DNA of 64,000 nucleotides from a virus (lineage: Duplodnaviria > Caudoviricetes), in the IMG/VR virus record IMGVR_UViG_2888055400_000002, positions 18,064 through 82,063 of that record. One strand, written 5' to 3'. Position 1 is the stretch's first letter; every line of letters starts with the position of its first letter. Below, in pieces: positions 32,312 to 42,741 of the stretch. The notes under the pieces were generated by a model, which was not told where the DNA came from, did not search any database, and saw only the letters and a program-made list of their open reading frames with translations. A program made the position numbers and the translations under genes.

Positions 32312-32597
32312 TGTACTCCTCTTTTAACTTTAACGCTTGTTCAATATCTTTTTTCTGCGTTGATTTATCTCCACCGCATAACAAAAGGATAAACTCAGAG
32401 CCTTTTTGGGTAAAATAAACTCTGTAACCAGCACCATAGTGAATACGTAATTCACCTATGCCATGAAAAAATTTAACATCACCTAAAAGACCTTGTTTCA
32501 ATCGTACAACACGTTGAAGAATAATAGCTTTAGCGCTTTTATCTTTGAGTTTCTTAAGCCAAGTATCAAATTCTATAGTTTTATGAATAACTACCAT
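32289..32597 (-). CDS. RelE/ParE-superfamily addiction-module killer toxin (HigB-like)
   Basis: EFDTWLKKLKD...GLLGDVK...GIGELRIHYGAGYRVYF...LLLCGGDKSTQKKDI; toxin-first gene order. Confidence 0.88.
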   Translation of the reverse strand: MVVIHKTIEFDTWLKKLKDKSAKAIILQRVVRLKQGLLGDVKFFHGIGELRIHYGAGYRVYFTQKGSEFILLLCGGDKSTQKKDIEQALKLKEEYSDENYTI

Positions 32598-32657
32598 CTG
32601 AGTACTATAGTGCACAGATGATGGTACGTCAAGAGTAAATTTCTACGGAAAGGTTTC

Positions 32658-33365
32658 ATGATGTCGCGCCATTATATCACGATAAGAACTGGTGGACCGA
32701 TACAGGATCGGCAAGATGTCTTTCGTCACAGAGGAACATTTGCAAGATTGATATCGGTCCTTCAGGATGAGATTGATGATATCGCGGATGAGTATGTTCC
32801 TCAAATACAAGAAAGTATTTTTGCAGCCATTCGGTTTTGTGAACGAGAAACATTTTACTTTAATGAGAGCCGTGATGTCATCTTCACCACACAGGCGGGC
32901 AAGGGGGGCTATGATGCATCTGATACCCGCCATATTGAAACGGCTGTCAAAATTCAGAATGTTTTCCTTAACTCAGGGTATAATAAGTCTGAATTGGAGC
33001 GGAGAAACCATCTTTCCTTAGAGCCTTCGTTGCTCTCAGGACAGCAAGGAACGCCGGTTTGTTACAGTTATTTTGATAGGAAACTGTATCTCTATCCAAT
33101 ACCAGATAGAGCCTATCAGGTACAACTCATCCTTTCACCCATGCGTTTGGAAGAGCTTACGGATGTTCATCAGGAACACCCATGGTTTGTACATGGTTTT
33201 GATCTCATCAAAGCACGGGCAAAATATGAATTGTACAAGAATATCTTGAAAGAACCCGATTGTGCAGCCGCTGCTTACAGTGACTTTGAGGAACATTTGC
33301 GGGAATTGCGTGCAGAGACATCCAAACGTCATAACGTAACAAGAATTGTTCCAACGGATTTCTAA
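32658..33365 (+). CDS. Phage head-tail adaptor-like protein
   Basis: GTPVCYS...LYLYPIPDRAY motif and operon position. Confidence 0.6.
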   Translation: MMSRHYITIRTGGPIQDRQDVFRHRGTFARLISVLQDEIDDIADEYVPQIQESIFAAIRFCERETFYFNESRDVIFTTQAGKGGYDASDTRHIETAVKIQNVFLNSGYNKSELERRNHLSLEPSLLSGQQGTPVCYSYFDRKLYLYPIPDRAYQVQLILSPMRLEELTDVHQEHPWFVHGFDLIKARAKYELYKNILKEPDCAAAAYSDFEEHLRELRAETSKRHNVTRIVPTDF

Positions 33366-33366
33366 C

Positions 33367-34824
33367 ATGGTTTATTTCCCCATAGCCGATTACAGACCGG
33401 ATGTTGCGGTTGTTAACAGCAGTTTTACCGATACGCTTGTGAATGTTTTACCGGCAGACGGTTCTTACATACCCATGCCAAGTGCAACGGTTATTTCTGC
33501 TCCTTTGGAAGAGAAGCCATTAGGTTCGATAGCTTTTAGATCAGGTGACGTGGTTAAGATCATCGTAGGAGGAGCTAAAAAGCTCTATGCTTACGATAAT
33601 CAAACGCGCGGTTGGAAAGACATCAGTCAAACTGGTGTCACGTATAATGCACATGAAGAAAACAAATGGTCCTTTGCTATTTTTGGTGAGAGAATTATTG
33701 CTGTAAATAAAAATGATAAACCACAAGTTTTTAATACCCATAGTTCTGAACGATTTGAAGATTTAGGAGGCAATCCGCCGAAAGCAGGCTTGGTGAAGGT
33801 TTGGGGACCTTTTGTTTGTTTGATGCAATTGACCGATCATCCTAATCGCATCCATTGGTCTGGTTTGGATGATGCAACTCATTGGACAGTTAAGCAGAAG
33901 GATTGCGATTTTCAGGATTTTCCGGATGGAGAATATGTTCAAGGGTCTACGGAATCCGCCAATCCCTTTGTTTTCTTACGTTCTGCTGTTTATGCTGGAG
34001 CCTTTGTTCCGGGTTCTAAGATTGTATTTACGTTTCAAAAGATACAAGACAAGCGTGGAGCAAGGAGTGCACAAGCTATTGCTTGTTGTGGCAATAATGC
34101 TTTTTTTGCTGGAGATGGTGGCTTTTATCAGGTTGTTCCTGATGGACAGCTTTTACCAATAGGTTTTGAAAAGGTCGATCGAACTGTGTTCACGACTTTT
34201 GATAAGCTTGCTCTTGATGGGATGCAGGGAGTTGTAGACCCTGTTCATAATCGTGTTTACTGGTCTTTGAAGAGTGGAAATAACCAGCAAACCACCTTTG
34301 TTTATGATTGGGGCTTGCAGAAATGGTCAACAATCCAAGGAGAGCTTTTAAGTTTGTTTCCTGTTTTTACGACAGGCTACACTTTAGAGCAATTGGATGA
34401 GGTTTCAACAAGCCTTGAAAGCTTACCCGCTTCTCTTGACAGTTCAATATGGCAAAGTGGAGCACCGGTTCTTGGTGGTTTTGATGGTCAAAACAGGCTT
34501 GTTGTGTTTACAGGCGCTCCAATGGAGGCGGTTGTTATATCGCAAGAGATGGGATCACCAGATGGGAGCTTTAGTTTTTTCACCAAAATGTTTGCAGAGG
34601 TTGATACTCTAGAAGGGCTCTTGAGTATAGGGGAGCGTGGAGTTCGCAATAATCAGACGCCTATTACATGGCACAAGGAGAGGATCTGTTCTTTTGTCAC
34701 GGGCGCTTATCATGGGCGTTCACGCAATCGTTATCACCGTTTTAAATTACGTATTCCAAAGGGTGTGCACTGGAACCATATCACGGGCTTTAACGTGGAT
34801 TTACGACCTTTAGGCAGACGTTAA
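33367..34824 (+). CDS. Phage tail nozzle/DNA-stabilisation protein
   Basis: Beta-rich ~485 aa with RIHWSGLDDATHW..DFQDFPDG; position after the adaptor. Confidence 0.6.
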   Translation: MVYFPIADYRPDVAVVNSSFTDTLVNVLPADGSYIPMPSATVISAPLEEKPLGSIAFRSGDVVKIIVGGAKKLYAYDNQTRGWKDISQTGVTYNAHEENKWSFAIFGERIIAVNKNDKPQVFNTHSSERFEDLGGNPPKAGLVKVWGPFVCLMQLTDHPNRIHWSGLDDATHWTVKQKDCDFQDFPDGEYVQGSTESANPFVFLRSAVYAGAFVPGSKIVFTFQKIQDKRGARSAQAIACCGNNAFFAGDGGFYQVVPDGQLLPIGFEKVDRTVFTTFDKLALDGMQGVVDPVHNRVYWSLKSGNNQQTTFVYDWGLQKWSTIQGELLSLFPVFTTGYTLEQLDEVSTSLESLPASLDSSIWQSGAPVLGGFDGQNRLVVFTGAPMEAVVISQEMGSPDGSFSFFTKMFAEVDTLEGLLSIGERGVRNNQTPITWHKERICSFVTGAYHGRSRNRYHRFKLRIPKGVHWNHITGFNVDLRPLGRR

Positions 34825-35249
34825 TGGCAAAAGTGTTTCTTACGACTAGTTGGGATAAGGAGCGCATAGCCCCTTATTTTGAGGAGATTTTTGCGGCTTT
34901 TCGTGCGTATGTGGAGCGTTTCAAGCACGAGCTTACTTTGCAACAGCTTATCGAAGAGATTTGCACTGGCAAGAAGCAGTTATGGCTGGTGCTTGATGAT
35001 GATGATCGTTTTTTATTGGCAGTCACGACGCAAATCCAAACAACGGTTTTAGGGAAGAAGCGTGCTCTCATTTGTGATTGTTGCGGTCATGGCGGGTTAG
35101 AGCTTATCGACAATCTGAAGTTTGCAGAGGATTGGGCGCGTGAGAATGGTGCTTGTGAAATGGAGATCTTGGGTCGTTTAGGATGGCGACGGGCATTAAA
35201 CAAGCAAGGTTACGGGATAGACATGCTTTATTACAGAAAGGAATTGTGA
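34824..35249 (+). CDS. Phage GNAT-fold-like protein
   Basis: QLWLV...AEDWARENGACEMEILGRLGWRRAL pattern, typical of podoviral tail operons. Confidence 0.55.
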   Translation: MAKVFLTTSWDKERIAPYFEEIFAAFRAYVERFKHELTLQQLIEEICTGKKQLWLVLDDDDRFLLAVTTQIQTTVLGKKRALICDCCGHGGLELIDNLKFAEDWARENGACEMEILGRLGWRRALNKQGYGIDMLYYRKEL

Positions 35250-35250
35250 A

Positions 35251-36090
35251 ATGGGGAGCAAGACACCAGCAACAACAGAACAAAAGCAGGTACAGACAAG
35301 CGCCCCTCCTGCTTGGATGGAGAATGTTTTTAAACGGGGCGGTGCAGATGCGTACAATCTTTATAATTCAGGTGCTGGTGGTAATGTTTATATGGGACCA
35401 CGCGTTGCACCTTTGAGTGCTCAAACGCGCTATGGAATTAGTGGTCTTGGCAGTATCCCTCATCATTATCAAAATCGCTCTTTGATGAATACAATCTACA
35501 ATCCAACGTCGTCAGCCATGAATCTTAGACATATGGCTTCAGGTGGTATGATTGGACAGAATCCCTCTTTTAATGCCGCCCTTCAAAATAGCTTAGACCG
35601 TGTAAGAGATACGATTAATAGCTCTTTTGCAGGCGCAGGTCGTTATGGGTCCGGTGCACATCAAGATGTATTGGCAAATGAACTTGGTGCTTTGTCCACA
35701 AGAGCTACAGCAGATCAGTATAATCGTGATGCGGACCGCATGATGCAGGCGAATTCACTGATAGACCAAGCCAATCAAAATCAGTTGGGAGCATCAAATA
35801 ACTTCTTACAGGGTTATGGCAATGCCTATTTCAATGCCATACAGGGGGGAGGGGTGCTTGATGCGTATAATCAAAGACTTGTTGATGCTAATCGCGAGCG
35901 GTGGATGGAGCAAGACAATAGCGGTTGGAATAGGTTGAACATGTTGATGAATGCAGGGCATGGCTTTGCAAGAAACTACGGCACGACAACAAACAGCAAT
36001 ACAGCTTCTATGATGCAAGGTAACGACCCTCGGAAAAACATTATAGGACTTTTAGCTGGTGCTGCTCGATTTGCTACACCTTATTTGTGA
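35251..36090 (+). CDS. Putative internal virion/ejection protein
   Basis: MGSK start, Gly/Asn/Gln-rich, FAGAGRYGSGAH motif. Confidence 0.55.
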   Translation: MGSKTPATTEQKQVQTSAPPAWMENVFKRGGADAYNLYNSGAGGNVYMGPRVAPLSAQTRYGISGLGSIPHHYQNRSLMNTIYNPTSSAMNLRHMASGGMIGQNPSFNAALQNSLDRVRDTINSSFAGAGRYGSGAHQDVLANELGALSTRATADQYNRDADRMMQANSLIDQANQNQLGASNNFLQGYGNAYFNAIQGGGVLDAYNQRLVDANRERWMEQDNSGWNRLNMLMNAGHGFARNYGTTTNSNTASMMQGNDPRKNIIGLLAGAARFATPYL

Positions 36091-37445
36091 ATGAAAAAGT
36101 AAGAGAGGCAGTGATGATAAATAATAGCGATAACATTTTATCAAGGCTTATTAATTCTATGTATGCAATGAGCCCTTATGCGTCTCGTGTAATGCAGATG
36201 CACAATCAAAGTATGGCGCAAAAGAAAGCACAACAGCAGGCGAATATGTTGCCTTATCTAGTACCTTCAGTACCGGTTGGCACAGTTGGTTCACAACCTC
36301 ATCCCTTAGGTTTGGCTAAGGATATAGAACCTTTACCTAATGCACTTTCGGATTTGACGTCATTGCAACCACAACAGAACCCGCTAGCAGAATCCCCTAT
36401 TCCAATAGCACAATCAGAGCCAACCCAATCTGTACCGCAAGTACAACCACGACAAGATACTACTTCTTCAAAGAGTTTTTGGGATCAATTGCGTAGTCCT
36501 GAATTGTTAGAAAGATTATCAGACTATGCCCTTGGTTATGCCATGTCTGATGGAACAATGGCACAAGATTTGGCTAATGCAGCTATGAATCTTCGTCGTG
36601 GTGATATGGCAAGAGAACAGAGAAACCAAGTTAACCAAACAGTCGAGTATCTGAAATCCAAAGGTTACAGTGATGAAGAAGCTACTATCATGGCGCGTAA
36701 TCCTCAAATGCTTAGTGCATTGTTCACAGGCGGTACAGATAGCATAAAACATTACAATGATGGGAGTTCGTTAGTACCGGATTCAACTTCTCCAACGGGA
36801 TGGAGAGTGGTTAATCACCCTGGTGGGAAAGCATATATGGACAAAGAACGAGAAGCTGCTTTACGTCAACATAAAAACGTATATGCAAAGGTTTTGCTAG
36901 ACGATATTGATTATTTGCAGGGATACCTTGAGCAATTTAAGGATAAGGCAACAGGTAATATAGCTTTAGCTGCTAGCTATGCGTTCTCAACGTCCGAACA
37001 ATCGGATGCACGACAGGTTTTGGAATCAATACAATCTCGTATAGGGCTTGATCGTATAGATCAAATGAAAATGCTATCGCAAAGAGGGGCGCTAGGACTT
37101 GGAAATGTTAGCGATAAAGACATTGAAATGTTAAAAGAGTCTCTCGGGAAATTAAATTTACGTATGTCTACACGAGAGCTTAAACGGCGGTTGTCAACAA
37201 TAAAAGATGTTTTATCAAGACTGAACCCTGAAGTACAAGGTATTGTATTAGGTAAGATTGAGGATACAGAAGATAATATGAGAAATGCCGTTATGGCAGG
37301 AAATAGCGAAAATTCTACCAGTCAGGCGGTGTCACAAGTGAATGTTGCAAACCTACCGACTGTAAATAGCAGAGAGGAAGCTAATAGAATGCCTATTGGG
37401 AGTACGGTTATTTACAATGGTCAAGTTTACAAGAGGGATCGATGA
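36087..37445 (+). CDS. Putative ejection/DNA-transfer protein
   Basis: Gln/Pro-rich N-half, GLGNVSDKDIEML motif, position. Confidence 0.5.
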   Translation: MNEKVREAVMINNSDNILSRLINSMYAMSPYASRVMQMHNQSMAQKKAQQQANMLPYLVPSVPVGTVGSQPHPLGLAKDIEPLPNALSDLTSLQPQQNPLAESPIPIAQSEPTQSVPQVQPRQDTTSSKSFWDQLRSPELLERLSDYALGYAMSDGTMAQDLANAAMNLRRGDMAREQRNQVNQTVEYLKSKGYSDEEATIMARNPQMLSALFTGGTDSIKHYNDGSSLVPDSTSPTGWRVVNHPGGKAYMDKEREAALRQHKNVYAKVLLDDIDYLQGYLEQFKDKATGNIALAASYAFSTSEQSDARQVLESIQSRIGLDRIDQMKMLSQRGALGLGNVSDKDIEMLKESLGKLNLRMSTRELKRRLSTIKDVLSRLNPEVQGIVLGKIEDTEDNMRNAVMAGNSENSTSQAVSQVNVANLPTVNSREEANRMPIGSTVIYNGQVYKRDR

Positions 37446-39715
37446 TTAACAATAATAATTCTCTTGTAGTTGGTCGTGCATTAGGTGCTACGAGCAATCA
37501 AGTTAAAAAAATATCAGAACTTGGTCCAAACTTTACCCATCTTGGCTCTGTTTCAGAATATGCGGCTAATCGAGAGCGCCTATCAGAACTTGGTCCAAAT
37601 TTTACCTACCTTGGTTCTGTTTCAGAATACGCCAATCCTTCTTATGAAGATACACCACAGCCTCCAGAAATCACGCAAAGTGAAGCTTTTTGGAATTCTT
37701 TAAAGCATGGTCTCAGTTTTAATTTAGATGACGAAGTTGAAGCAATTACAGCGTTAGGACGCGATCCTGATGATGGGTTGACACCGTTTGCTTTTCTCAA
37801 TGAGTTGGCACCGATTGCTTTTGTCAATGGGATGAAAAAATATTGGTTATCTGGTGATAAGAAATATGAAGATAAGTATGACAAAGAAGTCAAGAAACGG
37901 CGTGATTATCAACGTAGGATGAGCGATACGCATTATTGGACGTCTTTGGGTGGAAATATATTAGGGTCTGCTTTGCCTTCACTTGCAACTTTAGGAGCAG
38001 GGGCGGGAGCATCACTAGCGGGGCGAGTAGCGCCTCATGCTACTTCAAAATTAGGTCAACTATTCTCGAGAGCCGTTCCAACATCGGTGGGCAGAGTAGG
38101 GAAATATGTAGGTGAGAAAGCAAGCCCATTTTTAGGTATTACGAACAAAACAACATTTCCGCATTTGCTTAAAGTAGGAGCGTTATCTGGTGCGTTACAT
38201 GGGGCAGGTGAAGGTGAAGGGGCAGGAAATACGCTTATAAATACAGCACTTGGTGCAGGTTTTGGAGTGGGAGGGGCAGCGGTTGGAAGTGTTGTTGGTT
38301 CTGGGCTTGGTTCAATTGGGGGATTGGCAGCAAGAGCTGTTTCACCCTCTCATGTAAATGGTGTTCCAAAAGAAACATTAAGAGAAATTACTAAGCATTT
38401 AAGCAATGATACTGCTGAAGCACTTGGGAAGTCTTTTCATAAGGCAGCAAGCCCTGATGATTATGTTGTAGATCACAGCCCTATCTTACAGGATCTTGTT
38501 TTTGAAATTTCAAGAAAAAATCCGGATGCTTCTCTTGATTTAATCCAAAGAGCTGGCGCGAGAGCGAAGGGAGGAGGAGAACGTATTCATCAGGCTGCTG
38601 ATGAACATTTTGTTCCTCGTCAAGATGTTGTAAGTTTAAAAGATGATCTTATTGCAAGCAAGAAAGCAGCATCAGAATCCCTTTATGAAATAGCAAAAAA
38701 GACACCGATAGGGGAAAAATATTATGGTGCTCTTAATGAATTGATGGAGCGCCCCTATTTCAAAAGAGCTTATTATCAAGCGTTAACGAAATTCAAAAAT
38801 GATGGGAACAAAATTGTTCCGTTTTCTTCTCAAAAGTTTAGTCTTCTCAAAGATAAACCGAACATGGCGGTTCTCCATAATACTAAGGAGAAAATCGATG
38901 ACATGATACAGTTAGAACGAAACCAAGGGAAAAAAAGCAACATTCGTACCTTATACGGTATCCAGAAAAAATTATTAGAGATTATGGATGATGTATCGTC
39001 TGAATATACGAAGGGACGGGCGATCTATCATCGATACAGTTCACATGTAGATGCTATGTCTGAGGGGGAAAAAATTGTTAGCAAGAAGATTAATAAAGAT
39101 AAATTCAGTAAAATTTTGGGTGGATTATCAGAAGGCGAACAAGAATACTTAAAAAAAGGAGCAAGAGCAGAACTTCTCGAAAGTATGACGCAAACAACAG
39201 ATCACGTTTCGAATGCGAAGCAAATTTTTGATACAGATGATCTTTATGAGAGATTTGCAAAGACTTTTGGGTCCGATAAAGCTGCTGCTGTTAAGAAAGC
39301 TGTCGATAGAGAAGCGAATTATGCTGATCTTTATAACAGAATACCAAATCGTGTAGCGGATAAAGAGATAGGTTTTTCGCATAATGTAACCCCGCCTACA
39401 AGTGTAGCAGATGCAGCTATGCAAGCAGGAAAAGCTACTCTGAAAGCGTCGTACATTCCCTTTAAAACAGCAGCTTTGAAAGAGCGTCAACGCATAGAAA
39501 AGGACGTCGTCAAGTTGTTAACAGGGGGAACAAATTTTTCCAATGATGAAATCGTCAATATCCTTCAAAGAATGGTGCAGGCACAACATAAAGGATATGT
39601 GACTAAAGAGTGGGTGAAACAAGTTTCTGCTGCTTTATTTGGAGGGGGAGGAAAAGCATTTGCGGGACAATTTAATATGCTGAGTACACCAAGTCAGAAG
39701 AGGGTATATAACTAA
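37442..39715 (+). CDS. Putative large ejection/DNA-transfer protein
   Basis: Gly/Ala-rich hydrophobic segments, coupled to both neighbours; 23-aa tandem repeat near the N-terminus. Confidence 0.55.
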   Translation: MINNNNSLVVGRALGATSNQVKKISELGPNFTHLGSVSEYAANRERLSELGPNFTYLGSVSEYANPSYEDTPQPPEITQSEAFWNSLKHGLSFNLDDEVEAITALGRDPDDGLTPFAFLNELAPIAFVNGMKKYWLSGDKKYEDKYDKEVKKRRDYQRRMSDTHYWTSLGGNILGSALPSLATLGAGAGASLAGRVAPHATSKLGQLFSRAVPTSVGRVGKYVGEKASPFLGITNKTTFPHLLKVGALSGALHGAGEGEGAGNTLINTALGAGFGVGGAAVGSVVGSGLGSIGGLAARAVSPSHVNGVPKETLREITKHLSNDTAEALGKSFHKAASPDDYVVDHSPILQDLVFEISRKNPDASLDLIQRAGARAKGGGERIHQAADEHFVPRQDVVSLKDDLIASKKAASESLYEIAKKTPIGEKYYGALNELMERPYFKRAYYQALTKFKNDGNKIVPFSSQKFSLLKDKPNMAVLHNTKEKIDDMIQLERNQGKKSNIRTLYGIQKKLLEIMDDVSSEYTKGRAIYHRYSSHVDAMSEGEKIVSKKINKDKFSKILGGLSEGEQEYLKKGARAELLESMTQTTDHVSNAKQIFDTDDLYERFAKTFGSDKAAAVKKAVDREANYADLYNRIPNRVADKEIGFSHNVTPPTSVADAAMQAGKATLKASYIPFKTAALKERQRIEKDVVKLLTGGTNFSNDEIVNILQRMVQAQHKGYVTKEWVKQVSAALFGGGGKAFAGQFNMLSTPSQKRVYN

Positions 39716-40377
39716 TGACCCGTTATAGTCTTTCGATAGAACAAGCGATACGTGAAGCGGCATCACGCTATGGCTTGCCTGAAAGTTATTTGTACCGTGT
39801 TGCACAGATTGAAAGTGGTGGTAATCCGAATGCAAGAAACCCGCGTTCCTCTGCTGGTGGACTGTATCAGTTTATAGACAGCACAGCCAAGCAATATGGC
39901 TTGCAGGATAGGTTTGATCCTATACAAGCAGCGGATGCGATGGGGCGGCTCACACGGGATAATCGCAATCATTTAAGCCGTGTTTTGGGAAGAGCACCTA
40001 GCGAAGCAGAATTATATTTAGCCCATCAGCAAGGAGCAGGGGGAGCAGCGCGTCTTCTTCAAAACCCGCAAGCCCATGCAGCACAAATTGTTGGCAGCAA
40101 TGCCGTAGGTTTGAATGGGGGCAATGCTGGTATGCGGGCTGGTGATTTTGTTAATCATGTCTTGCAAATGTACGGAGGAAAGCAGCCTTATCGTGCAAAC
40201 CCTGTTGGTAGAGGGAGTGTACCTCCACAGGGTAACAGGGATAACGTGCTTGCCTTTTTAAGAGCTTTGCTTTCTTCACAACAGCAAGAAGCCTCAGAAG
40301 AAGACCAGAGTGAAGAAGACAATCCTCTTCTGTCACAATTTATGAGAGCCTTTTACGGACCCTTTTATAGGATTTAG
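39715..40377 (+). CDS. Lytic transglycosylase (SLT domain)
   Basis: VAQIESGGNPNA...SAGGLYQFIDST...LYLAHQQGAG. Confidence 0.88.
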   Translation: MTRYSLSIEQAIREAASRYGLPESYLYRVAQIESGGNPNARNPRSSAGGLYQFIDSTAKQYGLQDRFDPIQAADAMGRLTRDNRNHLSRVLGRAPSEAELYLAHQQGAGGAARLLQNPQAHAAQIVGSNAVGLNGGNAGMRAGDFVNHVLQMYGGKQPYRANPVGRGSVPPQGNRDNVLAFLRALLSSQQQEASEEDQSEEDNPLLSQFMRAFYGPFYRI

Positions 40378-40388
40378 GATTCACGAAC

Positions 40389-41414
40389 ATGTCGACGATT
40401 TATGATTGGTCGCTTAGAGCGTCTGAAAACACGCATGCCGATAATTTGGTTAATTGGTCAGAGGGGCAATTGCCAAGTACGATCAATAACAGTGCGCGTG
40501 GAATGATGCAGCGCATACGGGAGTGTCTATCGGATAGGGGCGGTTCGATAGAAAGCACGTTTCATATTGATCACAACCAACAAACAACGGTTATTACGCT
40601 TCAAACCAAATCACAATTTACAGAATACAAGAATGATATAGTGGTGCGCTTTAAAGCGAAGGGTAAGAATGTTGGTGCAACCACGGTTGCTTTCAACAGC
40701 TTGCCTCAGAAGCAAGTTTACAAAGCAAAAGATGGTGGCGGCGCGGTTTTGTTAGAGGGGGGAGAGATACAAAATGGCTGTATTTATACGCTTGCTTATG
40801 ATGAGGTTCTTTCAGGATGGCAGCTTCTCAATCCAACACCTACACAGTCACAATTAGGTTTGGCAAATAATCCTTATCCCTCAGGCTTTATAGGGACGTT
40901 TGCGATGCAGGCATTGCCTTATGGTTGGTTGGTTTGCGATGGGAGTGCTTATTCCCGAAGCCTTTATAGTGATTTGTTTGCGGCGATAGGAACGGTTTGG
41001 GGGAGCGGTGATGGCTATCGAACATTTAATGTACCGGATTTGCGAGGGATGTTTTTACGGGGGCTTGATGATGGTCGCAATATTGATACTGGGCGTCACT
41101 TTGCAAGTGTGCAAGAGGATTTTATACAGTCGCATAAGCACGGAGGACATATGATTTCCGTTTCTCATATGGATGAAACCCAAGAGAATTTTTGGCATGG
41201 TAATGCAACGATCTTATGGGGGCATTCGCTTAATGACGCGCAAAAAACGAACGTTAGTGGCAGTTCAGGGATAAGAGAAGAGGACATTCGGAGCTATGAT
41301 ATCTTGGCATTGCCTTCTGAGCAATCTCAAGGACATCGTTTGACGGAATTAAGAGATGGTGAAAATGAAACGCGCCCGATCAATGTCTCTGTTGTTTTTG
41401 CGATAAAGACCTGA
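40389..41414 (+). CDS. Phage tail-collar domain protein 1
   Basis: PYGWLVCDGSAYSRSLYSDLFAAIGT..GDG..TFNVPDLRGMFLRG; C-terminal ETRPINV. Confidence 0.88.
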   Translation: MSTIYDWSLRASENTHADNLVNWSEGQLPSTINNSARGMMQRIRECLSDRGGSIESTFHIDHNQQTTVITLQTKSQFTEYKNDIVVRFKAKGKNVGATTVAFNSLPQKQVYKAKDGGGAVLLEGGEIQNGCIYTLAYDEVLSGWQLLNPTPTQSQLGLANNPYPSGFIGTFAMQALPYGWLVCDGSAYSRSLYSDLFAAIGTVWGSGDGYRTFNVPDLRGMFLRGLDDGRNIDTGRHFASVQEDFIQSHKHGGHMISVSHMDETQENFWHGNATILWGHSLNDAQKTNVSGSSGIREEDIRSYDILALPSEQSQGHRLTELRDGENETRPINVSVVFAIKT

Positions 41415-41421
41415 GGGGAAC

Positions 41422-42732
41422 ATGTCGACGATTTATGATTGGTCTTTGACGGCGTCTGAGAATGCGGGCGCCGATAGCGTTATTAATTGGTCAGAGGGTC
41501 AAGCGCCCCATACAGTAAATAACAGTGCACGTGGCATGATGCAGCGTTATCGGGAGTATTTATCAGAGAGTGGAGGAGCGATTGAGAGTGTTGTTGTTCA
41601 TTTGGAGCATGAACAGACAACCATTCGCTTAACAAGCAAAACAGAATTTAGAGAGTACAAGAATGATAGAGTTGTACGCTTTAGATCAAATGGCTGGAAC
41701 ATTGGAGCAACCACGGTTTCGGTTAATTTATTAGAAGGTAAACCCGTTTACAAGGCGACGCAAACAGGTCTTGTCCCCCTTACAGGATCGGAAATCCAAC
41801 CCAACTGTATTTATACGCTCGTGTATGATGAAGCGGTTTCAGGTTGGCAGTTGCTCAATCCAACGATCAAAACCGTTCCCTTTAGGCGTTTGCCTACGGG
41901 TTTTATAGGCAGCTTTGCCATGGAGATATTACCGGATGGGTGGTTGTTGTGTGATGGGCGTGCGTATTCACGGGACAGTTACCGTGATCTGTTTGCAACG
42001 ATAGGAACTTTATGGGGGGAAGGAGATGGGGCAACAACGTTTCAGGTTCCTGATCTGAGAGGGATGTTTTTACGGGGCTATGATTATTTAGGGAATGTGG
42101 ATAGAGAGCGAAGTTTTGCAAGCACGCAACAATGTAGCTTGAGGGATCATGAACATAACCTTGGGATTACGGCTTCAACCGGAAATTCTTCGAGACGTAG
42201 GCGTGATCTTTCATCTGTTGAAATTTCACATAGACAACGTCGAAGTGTGGATCCAACGAGTGAGTGTTTACGGAAGCATTCCAAATGGGATGATGTTGAG
42301 GAGTGTATCCTCTCATTAGAGAGTGAGGAAGAGAAACAAGCGCGTAAGGCAGAAAATTTACGGCGTAGAAATAAAATGAAAGGCTGTTTTGCTCCCAATT
42401 TGTGGGGGTATGAGGATCCTGATTGTTGGGGAGGGTCTTCTTCTGTTTATGATGAGGAATGTGTTGGCTTAACAGGGGATGCCTTAGAGAGATGTAATAG
42501 GGGCTTTGACGAAGCAACACAAACACCTCCATCAACTCCTACTAGAAGAAAAACACCCCACACCTCTCATCCTTTTTTTATCGCACATGATCAAAGATTT
42601 GTTCCTTATCTTATTTCCCAAGGCTTTGGAGAAGATCTAGGGGAGCATGATCATATTCTCATGACGGATAGTTATGGTGGGGCAGAAACGCGTCCACGCA
42701 ATGTGTCAGTAGTGTTTGGAATTAAGACGTGA
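41422..42732 (+). CDS. Phage tail-collar domain protein 2 with an Arg/Cys-rich insertion
   Basis: Paralog of 40389..41414 (MSTIYDWSL start, collar motif, ETRPRNV) with extra basic and Cys-rich sequence. Confidence 0.88.
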   Translation: MSTIYDWSLTASENAGADSVINWSEGQAPHTVNNSARGMMQRYREYLSESGGAIESVVVHLEHEQTTIRLTSKTEFREYKNDRVVRFRSNGWNIGATTVSVNLLEGKPVYKATQTGLVPLTGSEIQPNCIYTLVYDEAVSGWQLLNPTIKTVPFRRLPTGFIGSFAMEILPDGWLLCDGRAYSRDSYRDLFATIGTLWGEGDGATTFQVPDLRGMFLRGYDYLGNVDRERSFASTQQCSLRDHEHNLGITASTGNSSRRRRDLSSVEISHRQRRSVDPTSECLRKHSKWDDVEECILSLESEEEKQARKAENLRRRNKMKGCFAPNLWGYEDPDCWGGSSSVYDEECVGLTGDALERCNRGFDEATQTPPSTPTRRKTPHTSHPFFIAHDQRFVPYLISQGFGEDLGEHDHILMTDSYGGAETRPRNVSVVFGIKT

Positions 42733-42741
42733 GGTTATGAA

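Noticed and set aside
31992-32327. 111-aa + strand ORF
   Set aside because: Antisense to the well-supported antitoxin gene; its start lies at the edge of a hairpin
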